A stretch of 28,432 nt of DNA from Hyphomicrobium sp. (GTDB taxonomy: Bacteria > Pseudomonadota > Alphaproteobacteria > Rhizobiales > Hyphomicrobiaceae). Shown here one piece after another: positions 9,159 to 18,958 of this stretch (position 1 is the first letter of the stretch; the number at the start of each line of letters is the position of its first letter). The translations under genes and the position numbers were made by a program. Below the pieces are notes generated by a model. That model had not been told where the DNA came from and did not search any database. It saw only the letters and a list, made by a program, of their open reading frames with translations. The stretch is from NCBI GenBank assembly GCA_031409575.1, contig JANNXL010000345.1, positions 1 to 28,432 of the forward strand. Direction: 5' to 3'.

Positions 9159-10205
9159 TTACGCCCTGATCAGCCCAACGATGTCTTTAACCTCGTTCAT
9201 GATCGGCCGCGCGATGGCTTGGGCGCGCTCGGCACCATCGGCCAGCACCTGATCAATGCTTGCCGGATCAGCCACCATGCGGCGGATTTCGGCGCCGAGT
9301 GGCTCCAGTTTGTCAACAGCGGCTTCGGCAAGCACCTTCTTAAATGCTGAGAATTGCTGACCGCCGAAGTCGCGTAAGACACTTGCCTTCGACGAGCCCG
9401 TCAGTGCCGCGAAAATGCCAGTTAAGTTGTCGGCTTCGGGCCGGTTTGCGAGGCCCGCCACGTCGGAAGGCAGCGGCTCGGCATCGGTTTTGGCCTTTTG
9501 GATTTTCTTGGCAATCGTATCGGCATCATCTGTCAGTGCAATACGCGATAGGTCCGATGGATCAGACTTCGACATTTTTTTGGTGCCATCGCGCAGGCTC
9601 ATGACGCGCGTTGCAGGCCCCATAATGACGGGTTCTGGCGCAGGAAAAAAGATTCCATCGGCATGCCCGCTTTCAACAATTGCATCCTTGAAGTCGTTGT
9701 TGAATTTCTGAGCAATGTCGCGCGCCAATTCGATGTGCTGCTTCTGGTCTTCGCCGACGGGCACATGCGTGGCGCGGTAAGCCAGAATGTCGGCGGCCAT
9801 CAGGTTCGGATATGTGTAAAGTCCAACGGAAGCGGCTTCCTTGTCCTTGCCAGCTTTTTCCTTGAATTGCGTCATGCGGTTAAGCCAGCCCAGCCGCGCC
9901 ACGCAATTGAAAATCCAGGCCAGCTCCGCATGCTGCGGCACCTGGCTTTGATTGAACAGAATGCTCCGTTTAGGGTCGAGGCCAGACGCCATGTATGACG
10001 CTGCCACAAGGCGCGTCGCCTGGCGCAGTTCCTTCGGATCTTGCCACACGGTGATCGCGTGCAGATCGACCACGCAATAAATGCACTCGGTCGCCTTCTG
10101 CATTTCGATCCATTGCAACATGGCACCGAGATAGTTTCCAAGATGCAGGCTGCCGGTTGGCTGCATGCCGGAAAATACGCGCTTCGTTGGTGTCTTCGCG
10201 GTCAT
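9159..10205 (-). CDS. trpS: Tryptophan--tRNA ligase
   Basis: [17 protein letters not shown] (HIGH), [17 protein letters not shown]. Confidence 0.98.
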   Translation of the reverse strand: MTAKTPTKRVFSGMQPTGSLHLGNYLGAMLQWIEMQKATECIYCVVDLHAITVWQDPKELRQATRLVAASYMASGLDPKRSILFNQSQVPQHAELAWIFNCVARLGWLNRMTQFKEKAGKDKEAASVGLYTYPNLMAADILAYRATHVPVGEDQKQHIELARDIAQKFNNDFKDAIVESGHADGIFFPAPEPVIMGPATRVMSLRDGTKKMSKSDPSDLSRIALTDDADTIAKKIQKAKTDAEPLPSDVAGLANRPEADNLTGIFAALTGSSKASVLRDFGGQQFSAFKKVLAEAAVDKLEPLGAEIRRMVADPASIDQVLADGAERAQAIARPIMNEVKDIVGLIRA

Positions 10206-10259
10206 TCAAATGGGCCCCTTATCTTCGCGCCGGGTTATGGCGCGGCCCTGGCGTTAAGT

Positions 10260-11834
10260 CTAGCGGCGCATCGCAGCCCGCAGCGCACCGAGGCGCAAAG
10301 CCCCAAGGCCCCAAGCCGTGATCAAATAGACCAGCGCTCCGCCTCCGATCAGCACAGCGAGCGCTGAAAAGCGCACGGCAAGCCCGGTTGATTGTTCAAG
10401 CCAAGGATTAAGCATATGAGAGGCCGCGTAAAGTGCGGTTCCCATCACGAGGCTTGCCAAAACAACGCGCGGCATGGCGTGTTTGAGCTTGGCGTCGATC
10501 TCGAAATGTCCGGCACTTTTCAGCCCGCGCCACAACAGGATGGCATTCATCCAGCCGCCGAGCGTGGTGGCGACCGCTATGCCCAGATGCGGCATCCAGC
10601 CGAGGCGCCGGAACAGGAAAAATAGTCCGATGGAGCCAAGCGTATTGGCCGTCAGGCTCCACCCAGCGAAGCGCATGGGCGTTTTCGTGTCCTGGCGGGC
10701 AAAGTAGGCCGGTGAGAACACTTTGATGAGCACGAACGAAGGCAAGCCAAGTGCAAAGATCGCAAGCGCATACGCGGTGTAAGGGGTATCTCTCACCGTG
10801 AAAGCCCCGCGCTCAAACAACACCCGCACGATGTCGGAAGGCACGACGGCCAAAGCAACCGCCGCAGGCAGGGTGAGCAGCATGGCAAACTCAAGCGAAC
10901 GGTTTTGGCTATCCATAACGCCTTGCATATTGCCGGCCCGCAGTTGCCGCGACACATCGGGCAGCAACACCACGCCGATCGCAATGCCGACAATGGCCAG
11001 GGGGAGTTCATACAGCCGGTCGGCATAATAGAGATGCGAGACCGCACCATCCTGCATTGAGGCAATCATTGTGCCGATCAGAATGTTCACCTGTGTAATG
11101 CCGCCCGCGATAACTCCGGGGATGCCAAGGGTAACCAGCTGCTGGATGCCAGGTGTCCAGCGCGGGCGCTGCAACTTCAGCCAGAAATCTGTGCGCCGTA
11201 TGCCCCACAACAAATGCGCCAATTGCAGGATGCCAGCAACGAACACGCCCCATGCCTGGATGTAGCCGGCCATCGGATCGTTACGATAGCCGAGTCCAAT
11301 CGAGAGCAGCATCGCGAGGGTGAGCGTCAGATTGAGAATGATGGAGACCGACGAGCTTTCAACAAACTTGCCAAAGGAATTCAAAACGCCCGACAGCAGC
11401 GCAACAAGCGACATGCACAAGAGATAAGGAAACGTGATCTGGGTCAGCGTTACGGCAAGGTCGAATTTGGCGGGAGTGTCTGAAAACCCAGGTGCCAAGA
11501 GGTACATCAGCCATGGCATGGTGATCATGCAGAGGGCCGAGACCAGCAGAACGACAAAGGCGAGCCCGGACATGGCTTCGCTGGCAAACTGGCGCGCTGC
11601 TTCCTTGCCTTCGCCCTCAAGCTTGGAAGCAAATAGCGGAATGAACGCCGAGTTGAACGCGCCTTCGCCGAACAAACGCCGGAACAAATTTGGGAACCGG
11701 AAGGCCACGTAGAAGGCGTCAGCAACGGGACCGGTGCCTAACACCGCTGCGGCGATGATGTCGCGCACGAAGCCCATAACACGGCTTAACAGCGTCAGCC
11801 CGCCGACGGTTGCAAACGATTTGTACAGCATCAT
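10260..11834 (-). CDS. murJ: Lipid II flippase MurJ (MviN)
   Basis: TLLSRVMGFVRD, DAFYVAFRFPNLFRRLFGEGAFNSAFIP, LYYADRLYELP, LIKVFSPAYFARQDTKTP. Start at ATG 11834 or 11831. Confidence 0.97.
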   Translation of the reverse strand: MMLYKSFATVGGLTLLSRVMGFVRDIIAAAVLGTGPVADAFYVAFRFPNLFRRLFGEGAFNSAFIPLFASKLEGEGKEAARQFASEAMSGLAFVVLLVSALCMITMPWLMYLLAPGFSDTPAKFDLAVTLTQITFPYLLCMSLVALLSGVLNSFGKFVESSSVSIILNLTLTLAMLLSIGLGYRNDPMAGYIQAWGVFVAGILQLAHLLWGIRRTDFWLKLQRPRWTPGIQQLVTLGIPGVIAGGITQVNILIGTMIASMQDGAVSHLYYADRLYELPLAIVGIAIGVVLLPDVSRQLRAGNMQGVMDSQNRSLEFAMLLTLPAAVALAVVPSDIVRVLFERGAFTVRDTPYTAYALAIFALGLPSFVLIKVFSPAYFARQDTKTPMRFAGWSLTANTLGSIGLFFLFRRLGWMPHLGIAVATTLGGWMNAILLWRGLKSAGHFEIDAKLKHAMPRVVLASLVMGTALYAASHMLNPWLEQSTGLAVRFSALAVLIGGGALVYLITAWGLGALRLGALRAAMRR

Positions 11835-11930
11835 TTCGGTTAAGGGCCTGCCGGTTTGGAAGCGGGACGGGGTATAGAACAATCAGTGAGGCACGCGCTG
11901 AAAAGGTTAGCATGGACTTGTAAGCATTTT

Positions 11931-14726
11931 CTAGCCAACGGTCGCGGCGATCTCATCAGTCAAGGGGGCGGTTAAAACTTTTTCAAGCCGCGCGCGAATG
12001 GTTTTTTGCCGGGCTTCGGTTTCAATTTTTTTGCCCGTCAGGTCCGTGACGTAGAACACGTCGACTGCTTTTTCACCAAACGTCGTAATGTGCGCAGATG
12101 TGATATCGAGCGACAAATCTGACAATGAACTCGTCAGATCATAGAGCAACCCCGTCCTGTCGCGGCCGGCAACCTCGATCACGGTGTGAGCATCTGACAG
12201 GGCGTTGTTGATGATAACCTCGGGCTCAACGGTAAAGGCATCGAGCTTTGCGGTAAGCGGGCGGCGCTGCGACAGTAGGGTCGATAGCCGCACCTTTCCG
12301 TTCAAGACCCGCTGAATGGTGTCGCCAATGCGCGCGCCGCGGCGCAGTTCATCGCCATCGTCATTAAACTCGCGCTGCAAGATAAAGGTATCGAGCGCAA
12401 ATCCGTCGCGTGTCGTTGAGATGTGGGCGCCTGCAATGTTGGCACCATTCGCCGCGCAGGCCCCGGCAAAAAGCGCAAGCAGGCGCGCGTGATTGGGAGC
12501 AAACACCATAAGTTCCGTGACCGACCTGAACTTGTCGGTCTTGCAAGCGGTGGCCAGAAGGTCGCCACTGGCATCGGCTGAACGTATAAGCTGGGCGTGA
12601 TCGGCCTGTTTGCGCGTGTCAGTGCGCAACCAGTAGTCAGGATATTGGCGGTCGATAAAGGCGGCGACATCATCTGAAGGCCAAGACGGCAAAGCGGCAC
12701 GCAACGCCTCTTGTGCATCACCAATGCGCTGGCGGCGCACGACTTGAGTATGTCCGCCGGAAACAAGCGGCTCGGCTTCGGCATAAAGCGTGCGCAGCAG
12801 CTGGCCCTTCCAGCCGTTCCACACGCCCGGTCCCACGGCGCGAATATCGGCAACCGTAAGAATGAGCAACAGCTTCAGGCGCTCCGGGCTTTGCACGATA
12901 TTGGCAAAGTCGCGTGCTGTCTTGGGATCTGTAATATCACGGCTCTGCGCAACATTGCTCATCGTGAGATGCTGCTCAATCAGCCAGACGACCGTTTCCG
13001 TTTCAGCCGCGGTGAGCCCGAAGCGTGGGCAAAGTTCGCGCGCGATACGTGCGCCGACGATGGAGTGGTCCTCAATGCGGCCCTTGCCGATGTCGTGCAG
13101 GAACGCCGCAACATACAAAACGCGCCGGTTCTGAATGGTTTTAATGAGTTCCGACGTTAGCGGCAGATCGGCTGCCACGCCCCCCTGCTCGATTTCCGTC
13201 AGCCCGCCCACAGTGCGGATCAGATGCTCGTCGACCGTAAAGTGGTGATACATGTTGAACTGCATCATGCCGACGACGCGGCCGAACTTTGGAATGAACC
13301 GGCCGAGCACTCCAGCCTCGTTCATGCGCCGCAAAACGCGTTCGGGTTCGGCTGTGCTGGTCAGAAGATCGAGAAAGATCCGGTTGGCCTCGGGATCATT
13401 GCGCAACTTATCGCCAATGAGCCGGTGCGATTGCCGCAATTGCCGGATGGCGTCGGGATGAAGAAATGTATCGGTAAGTTCTGCTTGCGCAAAAAAGCGC
13501 AACAGGTTTACCGGGTCGCGCTCGAACACGTCTTTGTCGGCCACGTTGAGGCGGCCATTGTCGATGCGGAAATCAGTTCGTGCACGCACCTGGCGCCGGG
13601 CGGCCCAGCTTTGCGTCCAGCTTGACGGATGCAGGATGGCGTTGCGAACGGGTGCAGATTTCAGTTGCTGCATTTCAAGTGCTGCACACAGAATAGTGGA
13701 GAGATCGCCGACTTCTTTCACGATCAAGAAGTAGTGCTTCATAAAGCGTTCGACGGCTTTCAAGCCGCTTTTGCCCCGATAGCCAAGTTTTTCGGCCAGG
13801 ACCGGCTGCAGATCAAACGTGAGGCGCTCTTCGGCGCGGCCAGTTATGAAGTGCAAAAAACAGCGCACGGTCCAAAGGAAGTCCTCACACGAACGGAAAG
13901 TTTGGGCTTCTTCAGCGGTGAAGATGCCAGCCTCCACCGTTTCAGGTCCAACCCGGTGGCGGAATATGTATTTTGAAAGCCAATGCAGCGTGTGCAAGTC
14001 GCGCAGGCCGCCCTTGCCGTCCTTAATGTTGGGCTCGACCTTGTAACGGCTGTCACCTGTGCGCTGATGGCGTTCGGTGCGTTCGGCAATCTTGGCGTCA
14101 ATGAAGTCGCGCTCTGAACCGCGAACGACTTCATCGCGAAAGCGCTGTTCCAGTTCGGTGTAAAGCTGCCCATCGCCGTGCACATGCCACATATCGATGA
14201 GCGAGGTGCGGATGGTGATGTCAGACTTTGCAAGCTTGAGGCATTGATCGACCGTGCGCGTGGCGTGCCCGACCTTGAATCCGAGGTCCCATAGCACGTA
14301 CAATAAATATTCGGCGACGCTTTCGCCCCAGGGTGTCTGTTTGTAGGGCAGCAGAAACAAAAGATCGATGTCTGAGCCAGGGGCCAGCATTTCGCGGCCA
14401 TAGCCGCCCGTGGCGATAATCGACATACGTTCGGCATCAGACGGATTGGTGGCGCGATAGACGTGGGCGACGGTGTAGTCGTACAAGAGCCGGATAAGTT
14501 CATCTTGAAAGCTTGCCAGCCCTTGGGCGCAGCGCCGCCCATTGCGATCTTGCTCGAGGCCGGTTCTTGCGGCAAGCCGCGCATCTTTCACCAGCGCTTT
14601 CAAACGGTCGACTACGGCTTTGCGGGCTTCTGCAGGGTTCCCATGGGTATTGAAAAGCGCCGTTAGTTCCACGCGCATGTCGCGCGTGTCGAAATAGGGC
14701 GCTGATTTCAAAGTGAGTGCGGTCAT
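11931..14726 (-). CDS. glnD: [Protein-PII] uridylyltransferase / uridylyl-removing enzyme
   Basis: Nucleotidyltransferase motif ATGGYGR…SDIDLL, EPNIKDGKGGLRDL, HD domain (YHHFTVDEH, FLHDIGKG) and two C-terminal ACT domains. Confidence 0.98.
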   Translation of the reverse strand: MTALTLKSAPYFDTRDMRVELTALFNTHGNPAEARKAVVDRLKALVKDARLAARTGLEQDRNGRRCAQGLASFQDELIRLLYDYTVAHVYRATNPSDAERMSIIATGGYGREMLAPGSDIDLLFLLPYKQTPWGESVAEYLLYVLWDLGFKVGHATRTVDQCLKLAKSDITIRTSLIDMWHVHGDGQLYTELEQRFRDEVVRGSERDFIDAKIAERTERHQRTGDSRYKVEPNIKDGKGGLRDLHTLHWLSKYIFRHRVGPETVEAGIFTAEEAQTFRSCEDFLWTVRCFLHFITGRAEERLTFDLQPVLAEKLGYRGKSGLKAVERFMKHYFLIVKEVGDLSTILCAALEMQQLKSAPVRNAILHPSSWTQSWAARRQVRARTDFRIDNGRLNVADKDVFERDPVNLLRFFAQAELTDTFLHPDAIRQLRQSHRLIGDKLRNDPEANRIFLDLLTSTAEPERVLRRMNEAGVLGRFIPKFGRVVGMMQFNMYHHFTVDEHLIRTVGGLTEIEQGGVAADLPLTSELIKTIQNRRVLYVAAFLHDIGKGRIEDHSIVGARIARELCPRFGLTAAETETVVWLIEQHLTMSNVAQSRDITDPKTARDFANIVQSPERLKLLLILTVADIRAVGPGVWNGWKGQLLRTLYAEAEPLVSGGHTQVVRRQRIGDAQEALRAALPSWPSDDVAAFIDRQYPDYWLRTDTRKQADHAQLIRSADASGDLLATACKTDKFRSVTELMVFAPNHARLLALFAGACAANGANIAGAHISTTRDGFALDTFILQREFNDDGDELRRGARIGDTIQRVLNGKVRLSTLLSQRRPLTAKLDAFTVEPEVIINNALSDAHTVIEVAGRDRTGLLYDLTSSLSDLSLDITSAHITTFGEKAVDVFYVTDLTGKKIETEARQKTIRARLEKVLTAPLTDEIAATVG

Positions 14727-14818
14727 GTCTCAATCATAGCGGGTGTCGCGACTGAAGCGATAGCGGGACGCGTGCCATAGTCACAGGGAACATGGCCGCA
14801 GGGAAGATGTCGGGAAGC

Positions 14819-17695
14819 TTAGGATGTTCCGGTCTTGGTGCTCAATTGTTTCAGACGATAGAGCGCGTCGAGGGCATCGCGCGGCGTCATGGTGTCAGGG
14901 TTGATCCTGGCCAGCGCCTCGTCTGCTGCCGACGGTTTTGTCTGGGCAATCGCACCGCGTGGGCGGCTTGCGGCAAACAGCGGCAGATCATCCAGCGCCT
15001 TGGCGCTGCCGGTGGCGCGCCGGTCGTTCTTCTCCAGAGCCGTCAGAACGTCGCCGGCACGCGCCACTACGGCGGCGGGCAGGCCGGCCAGCTTAGCCAC
15101 TTGAATGCCATAGGAACGATCCGCCGCGCCCGCCTTCACCTTGTGCAAGAATACAATGTCGTCGCGCCATTCCTTCACATCGACGGTCACGTTGGCGACG
15201 CTTACAAGGCGGCCCGCCAATGCTGTCAGTTCGTGGTAGTGCGTCGCAAATAGCGCGCGCGCGCGGCAGGTGTCGTGCAGGTATTCGACGCACGCCCACG
15301 CAATCGACAGTCCATCGAAGGTGGCTGTGCCGCGACCGATCTCGTCGAGGATAACCAGAGATTTTTCTGTAGCTTGGTTGAGAATGGAAGCCGTCTCGAC
15401 CATCTCAACCATGAACGTCGAGCGCCCGCGCGCCAGGTCGTCCGAGGCGCCAACGCGGCTGAACAGCCGGTCAAGCACGCCGATATGCGCTGATCGCGCC
15501 GGGACGAACGAGCCCATCTGAGCCAGGAGCGCAATCAACGCGTTCTGGCGCAGAAACGTCGATTTGCCAGCCATGTTGGGGCCGGTGACGAGCCAGATGC
15601 GGGCGTCGGGCATTTCGTCAAAGCCCGGTGGTTGCGTTGGCTGAGCGCGGCCCAGCACGCAATCGTTGTCAATGAAAGGACCCGCAGAGGCTTTGCGCAG
15701 CGCCTGCTCGACCACAGGGTGGCGGCCGCCGCGAATATCAAACGCCGTACCGTCACTGATCACGGGCCGCACATAATTTTCGTTGGCGGCAAGTTCGGCC
15801 AGTGCCGCTGTGTGATCGAGTTGGGCGAGATTGACCGCGATATCGGAGACGGCGGCTTCCGCATCCGACACAGCCGCCGCCAGCGCTTGAAACACCTCTT
15901 GCTCGATCGCCAGTGCCCGCTGTGCTGCCGACGCAATGCGGCCCTCGGTTTCAGCGAGTTCCAGCGTCGTGAAGCGCATGGCGTTTGCCATCGTCTGGCG
16001 ATGCCGGAAAGTTTCCGAATGAGGCAGAGACGTCAGTGGCTTGGCGTTGAGCTGCGTCACCTCGATGAAATAACCTAGGATGTTGTTGTGGCGGATCTTC
16101 AGCGTTTTCACGCCTGTCAGCTCGATGTAACTCGCCTCCAACGCCGCCATCACCGTACGGCTTTCATCGCGGAGGCGGAGGGCGGCATCAAGTTCGCCAG
16201 AATATCCGGGTCGGATGAACCCGCCATCGCGTTTCAAATGCGGGGGATCATCGGCCAAGGCAGCCGCCAGCGCCGTCGCCAGTGGCCCGTAGGCGCGCGT
16301 GAGTGCCGCTGCGATGGCATCAAGTTCACCAGGTAGCCCTGCTGTACCTTTAGCACTATCGAGCAACGCCGCGCATGCTGAAGCCGCGCGCAACCCATCG
16401 CGGATCGCCGCCAGATCGCGCGGGCCGCCGCGGGCAAACTTCAGTCGTGCAATGGCACGCGCAATGTCTGGCGTTTGCCGTAGCGACTGGCGAAGGTTTT
16501 CTCGTAAGGCACTCGCATCAGCGAGCCGCTGCACGGCATCGAGCCGCTGTTCAATCGCTTGCACATCACGGAGCGGGCTCGAGAGGCGCGCCGCCAATTC
16601 GCGCGTGCCAGCCCCGGTGATAGTCCGATCGATGGCGCTGATCAAACTGCCTTCGCGGGCGCCCGACGTGGATCGTAGCAACTCAAGACTGGTGCGCGTC
16701 GCAGCGTCTATGATCAGCGACGAGCTAGCGTTTGATTGCCGGGGCGGGCGGATCATCGGCTTCTTGCCGATTTGCGTCAGCTCGACATAGCGCAATACGG
16801 CTCCGGCTGCGGCCAGTTCGCCGCGCGAAAACGACCCAAAGCCGCCCAGTTCCGATGTGCCAAGGGCCGCATTCAGCTGCCGCTCACCGTTCAGGCTGTC
16901 AAAAGACGCGGACGGCACGGGAGTCGCTGCAGCTCCAGAGAGTCCGATCCAGCGCCGGACCTCCGGGTCGCCAAGCAATTGATCACTCGCAAGCACCTCG
17001 CCAGGTGCGAGACGAACAAGTTCTCCTGGCAAATCGGCACCGGTAATTTCACCGGTTTCGAACTCGCCGGTTGAGATGTCTAGTGATGCCAGAGCGAGGA
17101 GCCGTGATGACCCGATGATAGGCCCCTCCACGGTACTCGGGTAGGCATAGAGCGCCGTCAGATAAATGCGTATGCCGGGCTCAAGCAGTGTTTCTTCAGT
17201 GAGCGTTCCAGGCGTAACGAGCCGCACCACATCGCGGCGCACGACGGCTTTGGCCCCGCGCTTTCGCGCCTCGGCTGGATCTTCGAGTTGTTCGCAAACA
17301 GCGACTCTGTAGCCAAGCCGGATGAGCTTTTGCAAATAGTCGTCGGCGCGATGGATCGGCACGCCGCACATGGGGATGTCAGCCCCCTGATGCTTGCCGC
17401 GCTTGGTCAGTACGATGCCGAGCGCAGCCGAGGCCACGACAGCGTCATCGAAAAAGAGTTCGTAAAAGTCGCCCATCCGGTACCACAGGATACTGTCCGG
17501 ATTGGCGGCCTTGATCTCAAGGAATTGCGCCATGGACGGTGTGGCTTCGGCGACCGGAGCCGCTGCACGCGGCAGCGCTGCGGCGCTGCCGGGTTGCGAG
17601 TCGTCGGGGGGTGAGAACACGGCCTCAACTGCTGCCGGAAGGGCTGCGTGTGCAGGCTCAGGGTCTCGATTTTCGTGCCGGTCTTTGCGCGCCAT
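14819..17695 (-). CDS. mutS: DNA mismatch repair protein MutS
   Basis: RMGDFYELFFDDA, Walker A TGPNMAGKSTFLRQ, GRSTFMVEM, ILDEIGRGT, LFATHYHEL, SYGIQVAKLAG. Confidence 0.98.
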   Translation of the reverse strand: MARKDRHENRDPEPAHAALPAAVEAVFSPPDDSQPGSAAALPRAAAPVAEATPSMAQFLEIKAANPDSILWYRMGDFYELFFDDAVVASAALGIVLTKRGKHQGADIPMCGVPIHRADDYLQKLIRLGYRVAVCEQLEDPAEARKRGAKAVVRRDVVRLVTPGTLTEETLLEPGIRIYLTALYAYPSTVEGPIIGSSRLLALASLDISTGEFETGEITGADLPGELVRLAPGEVLASDQLLGDPEVRRWIGLSGAAATPVPSASFDSLNGERQLNAALGTSELGGFGSFSRGELAAAGAVLRYVELTQIGKKPMIRPPRQSNASSSLIIDAATRTSLELLRSTSGAREGSLISAIDRTITGAGTRELAARLSSPLRDVQAIEQRLDAVQRLADASALRENLRQSLRQTPDIARAIARLKFARGGPRDLAAIRDGLRAASACAALLDSAKGTAGLPGELDAIAAALTRAYGPLATALAAALADDPPHLKRDGGFIRPGYSGELDAALRLRDESRTVMAALEASYIELTGVKTLKIRHNNILGYFIEVTQLNAKPLTSLPHSETFRHRQTMANAMRFTTLELAETEGRIASAAQRALAIEQEVFQALAAAVSDAEAAVSDIAVNLAQLDHTAALAELAANENYVRPVISDGTAFDIRGGRHPVVEQALRKASAGPFIDNDCVLGRAQPTQPPGFDEMPDARIWLVTGPNMAGKSTFLRQNALIALLAQMGSFVPARSAHIGVLDRLFSRVGASDDLARGRSTFMVEMVETASILNQATEKSLVILDEIGRGTATFDGLSIAWACVEYLHDTCRARALFATHYHELTALAGRLVSVANVTVDVKEWRDDIVFLHKVKAGAADRSYGIQVAKLAGLPAAVVARAGDVLTALEKNDRRATGSAKALDDLPLFAASRPRGAIAQTKPSAADEALARINPDTMTPRDALDALYRLKQLSTKTGTS

Positions 17696-17809
17696 TCACT
17701 GTGCCAGTTTCGCTCTTGGCGAGAGGCATAGCGCGGCTCGACGCCCTAGGGAATGGCCGTATCAAGCTGCGTGGGGCGGGATGGCGGCATTGAAGCCCCA
17801 CCCGCACAC

Positions 17810-18826
17810 CTACGCGTCTTGGGCAATCCGGCTTTTGACTTCGTTTGGAGCGCCAAAGTGCTCAAAATAACGCGGATCGATCTTTTCCACGGGCAGAATG
17901 ATCAGCACGTCTGTGGTGCCGAATTGACGGTCGATCACCGCGCCGTCGCCTACGAAGGCACCGAGCCGCAAATACCCCTTGATGAGCGGGGGCATGGCTT
18001 TGAGGGCGGCCTTCACGTCGATCTGATCTTTGGGGATGAGATCCATTGGCTGATGCAGATGCTTATGCGCCTTGCATCGCCAGTCGGGCGGTGCCAGTGC
18101 ATGGTGATGCAGGAAGCTCAGAGCCATGGCGTGGGCCTTGGGATCGATGCCTTCAAAGCTGGCGCATCCGATCATCACGTCGACTTTGTGCTCGCGCACG
18201 TAAGTCCACAGTCCATGCCATAGCAATTCAACAGACCGCTTGTTGCGGTAGGGCTTCAAAACGCAGGAGCGGCCCAGCTCCATGAACTGGTACTGCGGTG
18301 ATCGCGCTGTCATGAGCGGCGCGATATCGTATTCGCTCTGCGTGTAGAAACCGAGCCCTTGGGGTGTCTTCTCCTGGCGCAGCACACGATAGGTGCCGAC
18401 GACCTTGGGATGCCGGGTCTGCACCCACTTTCCCGGCTCAGTGGCGGGCATAGCCTGATCGACCACGAGGAGGTGGTCGCACACGGCATCATAAGCATCT
18501 TGATCGAGACGCCTCATGGCAGCCACGACACCGGGCACGGCCGACATTTCTTCGTAGAACACTTCAAAGCGCAACCGTTGCGCCCGCAAAAGTTCCCGTC
18601 GCGAGCGCGCAAGCCGGACTTCCAGCGTGCCAAGTTTGCCGTAAATTTTTTCCGGCAGATGCCGGCGCATTGGCAGCGCTGCCTTTGAGAAGCGCCGCTT
18701 CAAGATGCGCTGGGCGACCGGCCATTGATGTGCGCCTTGGTCTGTTGGGGACAGGAACGCTGCCACTGCCAGGTGAGGATTGCGTTTCAGCTTTCCGGCG
18801 AGGCGCCGGGCCGTGCGCAGCATCAT
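17810..18826 (-). CDS. olsB: GNAT-fold N-acyltransferase, ornithine-lipid N-acyltransferase OlsB-like
   Basis: RLRFEVFYEE, YDAVCDHLLV, VGTYR, ELGRSCV, LLWHGL, PPLIKGYLRLGA. GGAGA (18831-18835) supports a start at ATG 18826 or 18823. The substrate is inferred from family only. Confidence 0.8.
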   Translation of the reverse strand: MMLRTARRLAGKLKRNPHLAVAAFLSPTDQGAHQWPVAQRILKRRFSKAALPMRRHLPEKIYGKLGTLEVRLARSRRELLRAQRLRFEVFYEEMSAVPGVVAAMRRLDQDAYDAVCDHLLVVDQAMPATEPGKWVQTRHPKVVGTYRVLRQEKTPQGLGFYTQSEYDIAPLMTARSPQYQFMELGRSCVLKPYRNKRSVELLWHGLWTYVREHKVDVMIGCASFEGIDPKAHAMALSFLHHHALAPPDWRCKAHKHLHQPMDLIPKDQIDVKAALKAMPPLIKGYLRLGAFVGDGAVIDRQFGTTDVLIILPVEKIDPRYFEHFGAPNEVKSRIAQDA

Positions 18827-18958
18827 CGTTTCTCCAAAGTGGGACCATAACCTTCCGCATCGGTACCACAGCACGAGTCGGAGACAGCTTTACGACAAGC
18901 GCGGGGCAATACGGTGTGCTGAGGCTTTGCGCCGCGGCGGCTCAGTTTGCGGAGCAAG

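Noticed and set aside
10227-10245. CGCGCC/GGCGCG hairpin between murJ and trpS as a tRNA-synthetase attenuator
   Set aside because: It has only a 6-bp stem, with no Trp-codon leader peptide, U-tract or T-box features.
14786-14815. Three GGGAA repeats between glnD and mutS
   Set aside because: They are short, irregularly spaced (15 and 11 nt) and partly inside the mutS stop region, consistent with chance.
17770-17800. GTGGGGC/GCCCCAC inverted repeat after olsB as a terminator
   Set aside because: The loop is long (17 nt) and there is no U-tract, so it cannot be supported as an intrinsic terminator.
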